Origin: Octopus sinensis
Taxonomy: Eukaryota
NCBI RefSeq assembly: GCF_006345805.1
Contig: NW_021832232.1
Coordinates: forward strand, 62,001 to 126,000
DNA length: 64,000 nt
Direction of reading: 5' to 3'
The stretch's first letter is position 1, and each line of letters opens with the position of its first letter. Under the pieces are notes generated by a model. The model saw only the letters and a list, made by a program, of their open reading frames with translations, was not told where the DNA came from and did no database searches. The translations under genes were made by a program, and so were the position numbers. Positions 1-11,550 of the stretch are shown in pieces.

Positions 1-299
1 CAAAATTAAATATTTACTATAAAATAACAAGGGATTAATCTTATTTATTTCGTTTTCCAAAAGGACATTTCAGTAATTTACACAAAATGAGCCAAAAGTA
101 ATTTACACAGAAGGAGCTAGAAGTAATTTATTTTGATAGTTTTTTTCCATATATTGGTATTTGATTTCCGTTAACGGAATAGTTGAAAAAGTTTGTCACT
201 GCATCAATTCCGATTGGACCAAGGTGCTTTAGCAAGGTTGTTGGAATCAAGTCTGGTCCACAGGATATATAGGTAATCACCGTTGCAACTTCAGCAGGG

Positions 300-1134
300 G
301 ATATATAGGTAGGTGTGCTTAATTTCTTTGGTTTATTGTTTACATGAGTTTATCTTTAGATGATTCTTGTGGCTGATTCCGACGTAGAATTTCATGAGTT
401 TACTCAATTCAGGTTGACTTTTCTGTTCTGAGTCTGTGTAATGGTTGGCAGGTCTGAACTTTTTGAGAGCATTCCACATGCGTTTGGCAGATTTTTCTTT
501 TCCAAGTGTTTTGATTTTCCCATCTTCTTCTTTGGGATGCTTTAAGTTTCTTAGCGATGGTATCGTTGAGGTTCTTTATTTCTTTTCATCCGCCGGGAAT
601 AGAAACTAGATTCTTTTTAAGAAAGTTCCTTTTTCTGATAAGAATTTTTGTCTCCTGGTCCAGATTTTTGTCGAAGTGATAGTAAATGCATTTTAGAGTA
701 AATAGTTTTCTACCCAACAAGATCAGTTCATTTAGGCACTTGACAGCTCCGTCGATTGATTTGAACAGTTTAGTATCAAAGTTTTGCAGCATTGCGTTGA
801 AGTTAGCATATCCCTCCCAGTTTGCGCTCTTGTAGTTGAAAAAGGACATAGTTTTGTTCATATGGGGAAAGACCTTCTTAATCCTGATGATGATTGGATT
901 GTGATCTGAATTAAGATCGTAGTCTACTTACCATGAAATGGCTGTGGATAAGTTAGTTGAAGATAGTGTAATGTCGGGAGATGTTAAGCGTTCGGTATCC
1001 TTATAAGGTGTCCTAGTGTGGGTCTTGGCAGAGACATGACAGAGAGTTGTTACAATAGAGACCATCCTCTTAAGTCTGCCCGTTGGGATTTAAACCAAGT
1101 CGGGTGCTTTGCGTTCAAGGGCTAGTCAAAATGC
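300..1134 (-). mobile_element. Degenerate APE-type non-LTR retrotransposon fragment (endonuclease C-terminus and linker), interrupted by a CRE-type insertion
   Basis: The minus strand encodes NAKHPTW, SPDITLSS, DLNSDHNPIII and the linker FFNYKSANWEGY (ORF 586-861), with stops and frameshifts. Confidence 0.75.
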
Positions 1135-1145
1135 GAGTAAGTGGT

Positions 1146-1581
1146 TTTTTTTTTTTTTTTTTATATGTAATTAACAAATAGTTATTAACTAACTAAAATC
1201 CCGCATCGTAAATGGAAACACGTTTCCCGTACTATGGCCAAGGAAATCCTTTCGAAAAGCCACTTGACTCGCGTGGGTCTCCCCGTTTATGGGAGATCAT
1301 GCGCCAAGCTTTTTTAGAAAGGAAAGACTTGCGCCGATGACCGGAAGTCTCGACGGCGATGGAGTGAACAGATACCGTTCAGAGAGCCCTTGTACTTTCC
1401 AATCTTCATCTTCTCGTTTTGCGAGAGACTGAGCCAGGCTCGACAGCTGAAGAAGGAAGGTTAGCTCCGAAAGTGTCTGAACACGTCGCATCCCATAACA
1501 GAGACTGCCGAATCAACGGGAAAGTCGATAGCCGTCGGTCTTTTCCGTCTCCCCTCGCAACCCGACGGTTAGGATTGATGG
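1146..1581 (-). mobile_element. 5'-truncated CRE-clade (RLE) non-LTR retrotransposon with poly(A) tail and TSD
   Basis: The minus strand encodes ERYLFTP.P..LPVIGASLSFLKKLG. A poly-T run on + begins at 1145. The direct repeat GAGTAAGTGGT lies at 1135-1145 and 1582-1592. It closely matches the 3' part of the copy at 24768-26161. Confidence 0.85.
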
Positions 1582-1714
1582 GAGTAAGTGGTCTATATCA
1601 CGCATATCATAATTCGCAAAGTGTAGGATTGTTTTTCCACTAATTTTGAATATTTTAAATATTTCAACATTTAAATATTAAAATAACCAAGTCAATCGTG
1701 AGTGTTGTGGTGGT

Positions 1715-2211
1715 ATGGTGGATAGTCCAATTTATTTGACCAAAGAGCAGACCGAGGCACTCCTAAGAAACATCGAGGAGGTTCGATTCTTACTCAAATG
1801 ATACAAGGAAATACAAATCATAACCAACAGCATCGAATCTCTCAGAATGGCCGAGGAGGGATTTCTCGACTCCAACGAATGGCTGAACGATTTTTCTTCC
1901 ATGAATAAGGGGAAGGACATGATCGTCCCCCTAACCAACTGCGTTAGAACAATCCCCCATACTATTCCAGTTGTTCACCCGAGGGACATTAGAAGATACC
2001 TCTCACGTCCTTATTGATATCGGAACAGGCTATTTTGTAGAAATGGTTGAGTGTGTGGCCTCAATATTAGACTATTTCCAAGGCACAGGAACACTTTGTT
2101 CGCAAGATTAAATATATCCAGGATAAGACCACTCATCTTCGATCTGCCCTATCAGAAAAATTTAATTTGAGGTCTTCCATAATGCAGTCTCTTTCTGCCT
2201 CTCGCTCCTAA
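1715..2211 (+). CDS. PFDN5: Prefoldin subunit 5 (alpha-type), about 3 short introns
   Basis: Spliced translation EIQIITNSIESLRMAEE..MIVPLT..VLIDIGTGYFVEM..AQEHFVRKIKYIQ, ending TAA 2209-2211. The start is uncertain. Confidence 0.85.
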
Positions 2212-2382
2212 AAACTATTCTAACTCCTAATGTTTCTTATTTCATAATTTGCTGTTAAACTGAGTAAACCCACCTTTTTTCAGCACTGGATTGCCATCGA
2301 AATGTGTACTGGTCAGACATATTATCTCAAATAATGTAATGGACTAGAATAAATAAACAACAAATCCAAAATCAGAACAGTA

Positions 2383-4606
2383 CTATGAACGTTCGATCAA
2401 TCCGTGTCGGGAAGGGTCAATAAATTGGGCAATAAACACGTCTACAAACTTATCGAGGAGTCTACGGAAATTGGCCTCTTCACTCTCACTTGCATTTCTA
2501 AAATCGTCAGAGGGGACTACTTTTGTGAAGGTGGGCCAATAATCTCAATATAAAACTTGATTTTAGGCTCCGTCCCACTCGCTCGAAGAGTGGCAGTCAG
2601 CGAGTGGTCGAAATAGAATGTTATCATTTGCGATGAACTTTTGGGAATACGCTATGATGGTGCACTACAATTTACAGCTTTACGGTCGGGATATGAATTG
2701 TCGAACCCAGTGGTGAGGTCACGCACATTCTTGACTTGGAATTCACCACAAAAAGTGGGGTACTACCAAAATAGTAATAAATGGTCGTACTGTGGCAGGC
2801 CCATCATAATTGCGGAGACGGTCAAATACTCGGAGGGTAGTTTGAGGGGAGGGGGACACAAAGTAGGAATTGCGGGTGAGGTGTCTCCCATATTTCCTGT
2901 AGAGACGTTCGAGGAGAGTACTCAGGAATGGATTCTTCTGGTGAGCTGTGAGGTATCCGGTCAATTGGGCGATGAGGACTGCTGCACTGATTCCGTCCTT
3001 ATCCGGAATGTAGGGGTTGCACATATATCCAATGGCTTCCTCATAAGCAAACAGAACTGAGTTGTTTTGTCTGTTCAGTTCATTGCAGGTGTTGCCTATC
3101 CATTTGAAACCCGTCAATGTCTCCTGAGCATTCCTAACATCCCCCTACTTGGAAAATGAAGCCTTCAGCCTCGGCCATCGTCCTTATAAATTTAGAACTC
3201 ACTGCAGAGGTCACCATGCACGTCTTCTGGACTTTGGAATAACAGGAAGGAATACTGTCGCAGTACGTCAACTTTTTCCGACAAAACAGCAAAAACCATG
3301 CCAAAATACACCCAGTTTCGTTGCCCGTGAAAATCTTCCAGTTGCCACTAGAATACTCCTGTGGTACATTACTCGGCCTGTCTCTCAGCCACGGCCAAAC
3401 GGTCGGCGTCGGGGTCATTGGCCAACACAATCCTGGCCCCAATCCTCTCGGCCAACTTCATTGAAAGTTCCTACGGATTTTCAAACAGAATGGACCAAGC
3501 ATGACTCCTCCTCGGGATTGGGGCATTTGACTGTGCCAAAGTCAGGGTCGACATCGCACTGAGTAGGGCATCACCTCGTACCTGTTCTTCGACGTAGCGA
3601 AGAGTGGAAGGAATGCCGATCAAATCGAAGGCGGCTCGGATGTAGGGAGTGCCCACCCCATGCATTGCGCTGTACACTATTGGGGGGACGGACAGCCACG
3701 TATTTCTGCATATTTGTCAATTTAACTTGTAAAAATTAAGTTTGTTCAATTCGTTGAGATATCCACTCAATGCTGTACTGAGGACTGAATTGTCGTCATT
3801 TATGGAAGAGGTGTCCCACGCTGATTCGGACGGCACAGGATTTGCGGAGATCTCCTTCAAAACTTGGTCCTCGACTTCATCTGGGGCCTACCCGTGACCA
3901 GACTTGTCTACCTGTGCCCCGTATTCCCAATATAACTTGAAGCCGTTGTCTTGTTTGGGGTTGTGTGAGGCAGTGATCATCACACCACAACAACATTTCA
4001 AGTGCCGTACCCCGAAAGCCACGAGAGGAGTGGGGACACACTCACTGTACAGGAAAACAGTCACATTTGCATTTCGTAAGACATTGACCACCAGGTGAGC
4101 ATATCTACTCAGTCCGGCAATGTCGGGACCTTCTACTGTTGTGTCGACCGTCAAACCCGACCACCACCTTTCTTCGCTCTTCTTCCTTGAAGGTCGACTT
4201 GAGTATGTTTGATAGGGCCTTGCGTGTATAGTCAAGTCAACCTGAGCAATTTGGATGATAGTGAGCTCATTGAGATACCCAAACCCGCACTGCATTCTTC
4301 CTCTGATTCCTTTATGGTGAGGCAGTGCACACAACCAGCTGTTCCGAATGAGAGACTCGAAAGCATCCGATCCTTCAATATTTCGAAATGACCATTCAAC
4401 AGGAGGTCCTTTACTTGAGCAGATGATTCTTCGTTCTAACTGTATCTCCCTTATACTAACCCTGTCCCACGATAACCATTTGCTAATCGCCTCGTCGAGG
4501 GATACGTCACCAGTTGATTCGTATGTACAGTCCTACTCGTCACTTTCTTTGTAATCACCTCAGTTTGGGCAGAACATATAAACTCGGAACACCCGATTTT
4601 ACCCAT
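2383..4606 (-). CDS. PGM2: Phosphoglucomutase-2 / phosphopentomutase family, multi-exon
   Basis: Motifs [69 protein letters not shown] and DKDGISAA. Introns include 4219-4241 (23 nt). Confidence 0.93.
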
Positions 4607-5287
4607 TACCCTACTTGGTTAACTATTTGAATAAACTATTAAGTTAATCTAATAATAATGTAATCAATTTACACTTTTCATCACAAAATAAGTTGACAGT
4701 CCCCGTGTCCTTTACGCAACTGGCTGTTGAGAGTGCACGGCTTCAACTCTGTTTAAAGAGGACAGATTACACTTAGTGCCTTGCCACAACAAAGCAGAAA
4801 GCTATAAGACCACAGTTCAATCCAGGCTGATCTATTATTATTCGTCAAGTTCACGAAACGTCAAGTTTTTATCGTCGCTGCAACCCGGATGATTTACTTG
4901 GTTTGACATCTCCACGCTCTTTTTGAGATTGCGATTTGCAAAGGTCGCTTAGTTTGTCAGCATTTTGATTGTATGAACAGAGTTGTGTGGTTTTGCATGG
5001 AAAGCAATTAGGAAATACGACTTCATTATTTCGTTTGTAAGAGCGGCAGGGTCCATTCTCAAAATATGCTCAAGTCAAGCTTCCAAGCATTCAGAGTTTA
5101 TGAAACATCTTTCAGCAACAACCTGGCAAAGTTTCCAATTTTTTTATTTACTGGGGGCCAGCTCAGAGAATGCCTCCATAAAGTCTATGCACTCGAATTG
5201 ACATTTATATAATATATTTGACTGTAAATCCTCACTGTCTCTTCTTTGGTTGTTTTCACTTCGTTCATGCCGTCATGTCTGAGGTGC

Positions 5288-5610
5288 AGAAGAAAAGTGC
5301 ACCGCCACTTGGATTGCAAAACAGGGAGCTAAACGAAAACCGTCGAGAAACCTTTATGGGTTTACAGTAACGGAGGAAAAGACGAGACGATGTGCCATCA
5401 AATTGGCAAATGAATTTCAGCTGGACCAACCCATCCCTCAAGAGATGGAAGACCCGACGGAAACGGTTGGAAGTGTTCTTGAGAGAGCCTTTTCCTCTCG
5501 AATCTCTAATTAAAAATAAAAAAAGAGAGAAACAACGGAGAAGAGGCATACGTTGTCTTATTAACTTTCTCTCTCTTTTTTCGGCTTTTCCGTTTTAATA
5601 AAAAATTCAT
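5288..5610 (+). mobile_element. About 320-bp insertion, probably a retroelement 3' fragment or SINE-like unit, with 15-bp TSD
   Basis: TCATGTCTGAGGTGC at 5273-5287 and 5611-5625. The insert ends in AATAAAAAATTCAT and has an internal inverted repeat (AAAAAAGAGAGAAA / TTTCTCTCTCTTTTTT). Confidence 0.55.
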
Positions 5611-6541
5611 TCATGTCTGAGGTGCTTAAACGTCATATTGAGAAGGAGGTCAAGTCCAAATACGAACTCTGCAAGTGCAGTTCCATTATAATTTATTCTT
5701 CCTCCACTGTGGGTGCAGATCAGGATTTAGGTGGTGCATTCCAATTTGATTGAACAAGTGATTCTTGTCACTGTTAATCGTATTGGGATATGGAATTCCT
5801 GGCCATAGCTATTTGCACTCTGGCTCCATTAGGATAATTTATCAACTTTCATTTTTTACTTTTATTCCTTGAAGGCAGGGTATAGATATGCATTGCGACT
5901 CAGATCCTCCGTCAACATGTTCTTTGCACTGGGGTGTCCTTGCTAGACAAATACTGTCTGAGATGATACGTTTCCTACTCATGAAAACCGAAATAAAAGT
6001 TTGGACTGGCCAGTAAATTCGAAACACATATTAGTACCCAACAAGGCGACTCCTTATTAATAATACAATTTGTTCTTTGCCTGGAAGCTGCCCTCTTAGA
6101 CATAGGAGAGAAAATTGGACCGAGTTTGATCACAGAACTGATCTACACAGATGGCGTAAATTTTTTTGGGAAGGTATCAAAGAGATCAAGAAAGTGATCA
6201 CTCAATCATGCCCCTGAAATATTTGGGAAATGATTTCTGAAAGTGGAGAAACAAAATACACAGACTGTAAATAAATAAGTAATTTGATAAATAAGTAATA
6301 GAGAAAAACGAAGAAATGCGTATCATTACTTGTCCAGCAAGAAAAATGCTGTTGATGCTTGCATTAAAGTCAAAATGGTCAAGATACTTCATAATAATAA
6401 AAATCGATCCTTCAACAACTTGATTCCGGGCCTTTATTTTGTACATACACTTTTCGAAGAAATTTCCTTGTAAAAAACACCGGTTTCATCAGCATTATAG
6501 ACGTTATCCAATCCATAATGTTGAATTTTTAAACTGATTAT

Positions 6542-8134
6542 TAGGGCAACCGCAAATATGACCTAAAAAATTTCAAATATGACCGATAAAATAGACTTAT
6601 ATGACCTTAAACGAAAAAAATATATGCCTTAATATGACCTAATAAATTTGTATTTTATGTACTAATATAAAGTTTTAATAAGGCTTATATTTAGAACTAG
6701 CTCAGCAGTTCGCTTCGCTCACTGCGAGCTAGCTCCTGCGGAGGGCCCTGCTCGCTACGCTCGCAGTTTCCTTAAATAACTATAAATTTATGTGATATAT
6801 AAATGCGACCTGCTTTGATATAACCTTATTCTAAGGCCTGTGGATAAACGATGTTTGCAGTCCGTCATCCTTGGCAAATATAAATAAATTTTCTTCTTCC
6901 TACCCTTGAGCACCCCACATACAGCTGGCCATGTGAAAAAGCACTCGTTCTCTAAAAATAAGCCTACTACCTTTAAAGACTGTCCTGGGCCTTGTTTATT
7001 GTCATAGCAAAACTTATCTTCAGCGGAAATTGTAGTCTCTTAAATCTATCGCAGGCCCTTTCATGGTCCATTAACGTCGACCGATTTATATATTCTTTCT
7101 CTGCCAGGGATTTTCATTAATAAATCTAAATTATATTAAAGTACCTCATCATAAGTGGAGCTAATATAGCTCGTTCACGCAGCCAGTAGAAATTCACGTA
7201 GTGTTCAGATAGTTCGGAATAGACGGCATTCATAATTCTTTTGCTGTTTCTACGAAAATACATAATTCTTCCGGTAGCCTAATTTTCTGGTCGTGCATTT
7301 CTGAAGTGATTGCCCCATTTCCAATATCTAGAAGGATTTGTGGGAATATGCTATTAACGCCTTGTAAATGTGCATGTACATTTACACCTAAGCTTACCTT
7401 TTTCACGTGTGTCCACAAATATGATGTAATCCATCTAATATGTCACTATAACATGATTTTATCAATGCAAGGTTTCTTTCCAAATTAATTGAATCTAAAG
7501 CAGTTTTTACTTTATCTAAGATTTTCCCTTTTTGTTAAATTCAGGACCAGAAACCTTTTTTGTTAAACCAATTTAAAACAAAAATAATTTGGAATTGCAA
7601 TCAATTTCGATTGACGCAAGTCGTGTGTTTTACTTTTTTTTATGCATTTCCGTCTGTCTGTGTTGTTCCACGTTAAAACTTTTTGAAAAGTTTACCGGAA
7701 CACAACAGAACTTGCAATTAAGTCCCATTAGTACTTCTCGTAAATTCGTGCGGATATTTATTTAATATTTTAGAGAGTTTGAATTCATTAGATTTTTTTG
7801 ATTTAGGCATCTATTAAATACCTTTTTTATATAAAAACCTTTATCTCACTCAACAAAAAACCGATTATATCTCACATTATAAAAAATAATTCAAATATTA
7901 TTATTCAAAATTTATATTAAAAAAAATAAATATTAATCTAATTCATAAAATATACAAAAATTTGAATATGACTTTATTTTTATAATATGACTTTATTATT
8001 GAATATGACTTATATGACCTATTAATAAGTGTTTTTAAATAGTTAAAAAATATAATTAAAATATTTAATTAATATAAACAAACACAAAATGACCTTATTT
8101 TGTGATAAGCATTATATGACTTTTGGTTGCCCTA
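6542..8134. mobile_element. Non-autonomous hAT-type element with 10-bp TIR, 8-bp TSD and subterminal repeats
   Basis: Termini TAGGGCAACC...GGTTGCCCTA. TSD CTGATTAT at 6534-6541 and 8135-8142. Several ATATGAC(C/T)T motifs near both ends. Confidence 0.85.
6697..7560 (-). mobile_element. Helitron 3' fragment (Pif1 helicase C-terminus, terminal hairpin and CTAG), nested in the hAT element
   Basis: The minus strand encodes WTHVKKVSLGVN..LLDIGNG..IRLP and FKRLQFPLKISFAMTINKAQ..FSHGQLYVGCSRVG. A GC-rich hairpin region (about 6701-6770) is followed by CTAG|T at 6700-6696. The 5' limit is approximate. Confidence 0.85.
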
Positions 8135-8678
8135 CTGATTATGTCGTTGAAATCAGTAATGGATTTTTAATTATGATTAATTGGTCCCATATCGCCGTGA
8201 TTTTTTCTTTTGGGTCTTGAACTTTTCTAGCCATCCATGGCTTGATTTTAATGCTTCATTATTTTCTCCAAATTTAAGAGCCTTTGAAATGATTATTGAA
8301 TCAGATAAAATTTATTCCTTTGACTCCATTAGGTTAATCCACGCTACCAGTTTCACATCAATTTCATTAAACTTGAGTTTAGAAATTCTTGTAGCGTTGA
8401 GTGTTTTTATATTAGTCCTGTTTAATAAATCGGATTTTTACTTAAGATCGTTTATCGCTCTTGGAGAAATCAGTCTGAAAAAAATTCTTAAAATTTGTGG
8501 AGTAGACATTAATGGGTTTTCAGAAATATAACAAAGAATAGAAATTTCTGGGTGGATAGAATGTCTAGTACAACGACGCATCTTAAGTATAAATTTTTTT
8601 CAAATTAATGACGAGAAAATTCGAGAAACAGGCGGATTCAAGAATCTTCCATAGGAAATTCAAAATGTTTGACTAAAA

Positions 8679-9500
8679 CAGCGGTTCTTAACCTTTTTGA
8701 AATTTTTGATAAATTGTACCCCTTGGGGTTAAAAATGGATCCCGCGTACCCCCTATCGATTTTTAAATTTTTTACATATCTTTTTTGAGATAAATGATTT
8801 AATTATAAATTATTTTCTAACTAAACAAACTCAATAAAATATTTTATGCCGAAAAAGTGTAAAGATTTAATTCAATTGCTTTTCTGCAAAAAGTTTTCGA
8901 ATATTCGAATCCATGTTTCTAAGAGCGATTCGCATATCATCTCCAACTTTTAATCGATTACGAGATTTATTTTTAATAAATGATAAACAAGACATCGCAG
9001 TTTCGCATAACTATGTTGTTGGATAAGGAATTAAATATTGCATACTAGCCATAGTCAATAACGAATACTTTGGAATCATTTTAATCCAAAATTCCATAAG
9101 TGTGCAAGAATTGAAACATCTGAATAATGACAAAAATTGTAAAAGTAACCCTTGCAGCCGCAGAGCTTCTTAAATCGATAAATTCTTTTAGAAAAGGAAG
9201 TACCTGAGCCTCATCAATCTTACACAAAAATGGTTCTAAAATCCAATCGGGAACAATCTGATCGCTATTAAAATATTTTCCGAATTTAATTTGCAGATTT
9301 TTTATTGCCCAGAATTGTTTTAAGATATTAATTTATAATTTTTTAACGAACAAAAGTCGATATAATACGAATCCCATATTTTTTGTCGAGCACAGTACAT
9401 GTGCAATTGACTTGTTTTTATACAACTCGTGCGGTATGAACAATAAATGCACCGAAAACTTGAACGAATTAGAAAGGCGTTAACTGTAAATATGCTATCC
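8679..9500 (-). mobile_element. hAT (Buster/Charlie-like) transposase C-terminal remnant with one TIR
   Basis: TIR CAGCGGTTCTTAACC at 8679. The minus strand reads FWIKMIPKY..LIPYPTT.LCET..IKNKSRNRL...DMRIAL. It shares subterminal GTACCCC motifs with the element at 63794. Confidence 0.75.
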
Positions 9501-9666
9501 AAAGGTGATCAGAACGAATAATGCAAATGTGAAGCAACTTCGAGCTTGGCAATTATTGTATAAATTGTATTAACTAAATGACTGAAAGAATATACTTTTT
9601 GTAACTGAGCCAAAAGCTAAATATATATATTTATCGGCCACTCAGTTCTTGTGGTGCTGTATAGAT

Positions 9667-11550
9667 ATGGGCAAAACTTCCCGAAGGAACCCTGGGAACG
9701 AAATGCTTTCCACGGGTCTGCCCTCCTCCAGACTCCATCCAAACTCATCTGGTACCCTTAAACATAATCGTGAGTCAAACCCCGCGTGAAGACTGCCCCT
9801 GCAGTATCAATCAGGGACATGAATCGGAGTTATCAACTATTTCTAAGTAAAACAGCCAGTAATTATGCACACAAATTACATTTTATTAGACGCCGTTGCC
9901 ATTTACGAATTTCTGCGAATCCGTCACTCTTCCAGGGCACTCCCCTTCTTATAATCCCCACAGCCCATCTTCCTGACTAGAAATCTGTCATATTTCCGCA
10001 CAAAGTGGGGCACTTCGAGGAAGGGGAGACCCTTCAGTGTCGATTCCCTCCTCAAAAGCACGGTTAAAAAAACAATCAAAATCAGTCTAAAAATCGACCT
10101 GTGCAGTGTTACCCTCCCGAACTGTCAGTCCCTTCCTCTCATTCGCAGTTTCGACGGGGACTGTCATCTTCTCAGTGACAGTGGTGGGGGGACAAGTCTC
10201 GGACTATTCTGTATTCCTGTCTAGTCAATGGCAGGTATTGCTCAAATGTGAGACAATTGTCCAAAAGAAGGTCAAAGTTAAGCTGTGGAGGGGGAAAGTA
10301 GAGAACCCGTTGGAGACAGGGGTGAGTATATCATTCGACTGTGATGTGGCCCGTCTCAAACCGTCGAGTATTCTGTTTCAGCTTATTACTGGTTTGTCAT
10401 TTGGATGACGAATTATAGACGTGGATATGTATTACTGCATTCTCCCCTTTTATAACAATTCATTCATCAACCAGTTCTCTTCCGGGGAATACCAGGCTAG
10501 ACTGATTAGTGTGAACGACTCTGTTTGGCTGGATTGTCTATTTTTAGAATTCTTTGCACTCCTCTCCACTTATTGCCTTCTCTGTTGACAAATGGACTGA
10601 CAACCCTCCTGCGAACTGTGATCTGAAAAGTGTTGTTTGTGCGAATTGATTCAGGGGGATTATCCGCTCGGTCAATCACCAGTCGGAATGTGGTGTTCGA
10701 GTTTGTATTCAAAGACAAACATCGACAGCGATTTTGTTCGAGGTCTGACTGGGTCTGTCCATTCTGCCACGTCAATTGTCGGAGTCTGAATTGTCTGATG
10801 ACTCATCTACGCCACTCACACGCCCGTCTCACCTTCAATTCAGTGGTTGTCATATTTGTCCAATTTGTCAAGGGGGGTGTGAACACAATCATCCAAATTG
10901 GACTCGACGACTTGTTCGACGGCTCCTACGAAGGGAACTCATTTCGACTGCATTTCAGTCAACTCGAAGGGACCTTTCCCACCAAGCCACTCTACCGAGT
11001 GCCCATGATGATGATGTTGGTCGTCAATAAGTAGATTTGTGTGCTTATTTTTGGGTCGAGGTGGCGGAAGCCTCTTCTATGGGAAGCTCAGACCCCCCAG
11101 TTTGTGTTGTCCTGAATATTCCAGTGCGGTGTATCACCCAATGACTAATCAGCCACTCACTATCAGACAGGCCGGTCAGGATAACTCGTGGTTTACTTGG
11201 GTCGATTTGATGATGAAAAATGTATTTCACTTTTCACTATTTTAGTTGATGGACGACTTTTGCGATGTCAACGAGGGGGAGAAGGAGATCATGAAACTGT
11301 GGAACTCGTTTCTGTCCTCCAACACAGTGTTGTTGATTCTACTCGTAATCCGCCTAGTTGTCTGGGGGACTGTCATGTGGTTCCCGCCTGTCTTGAGTTT
11401 GTGGAGCAAAATAAAAAGGTGTTGGTGGACAACATGCTATGTCACAACTTTCTACTTCATTTAGTAAATTTGCACCACTTTGGAATTATCGAAACGTGTG
11501 ATATTATGCATATATGGCACTCGCTTGTATTATATATTACTTCCACATAA
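9667..11550 (+). CDS. SUZ12: Polycomb protein Su(z)12 (PRC2 core subunit)
   Basis: IYEFLRIRHSSR|PIFLTRNLSYF, a C2H2 finger CPFCHVNCRSLNCLMTHLRHSH, FDGSYEGN, and the VEFS box DDFCDVNEGEKEIMKLWN..LCHNFLLHLVNLHHFGII. Confidence 0.92.

Noticed and set aside
2641-4554. Plus-strand ORFs overlapping PGM2, and similar antisense ORFs over OSBP, GCP3 and the CRE copies
   Set aside because: They are shadows of GC-rich coding sequence on the opposite strand with no recognisable motifs.
5760-6500. Possible LTR-retrotransposon RT or integrase (MKYLDHFD)
   Set aside because: There is no convincing YxDD or DDE context and no LTRs, so it was left unassigned.
6541-6546. TTAGGG as a telomeric repeat
   Set aside because: It is a single occurrence and part of the hAT TSD/TIR junction.
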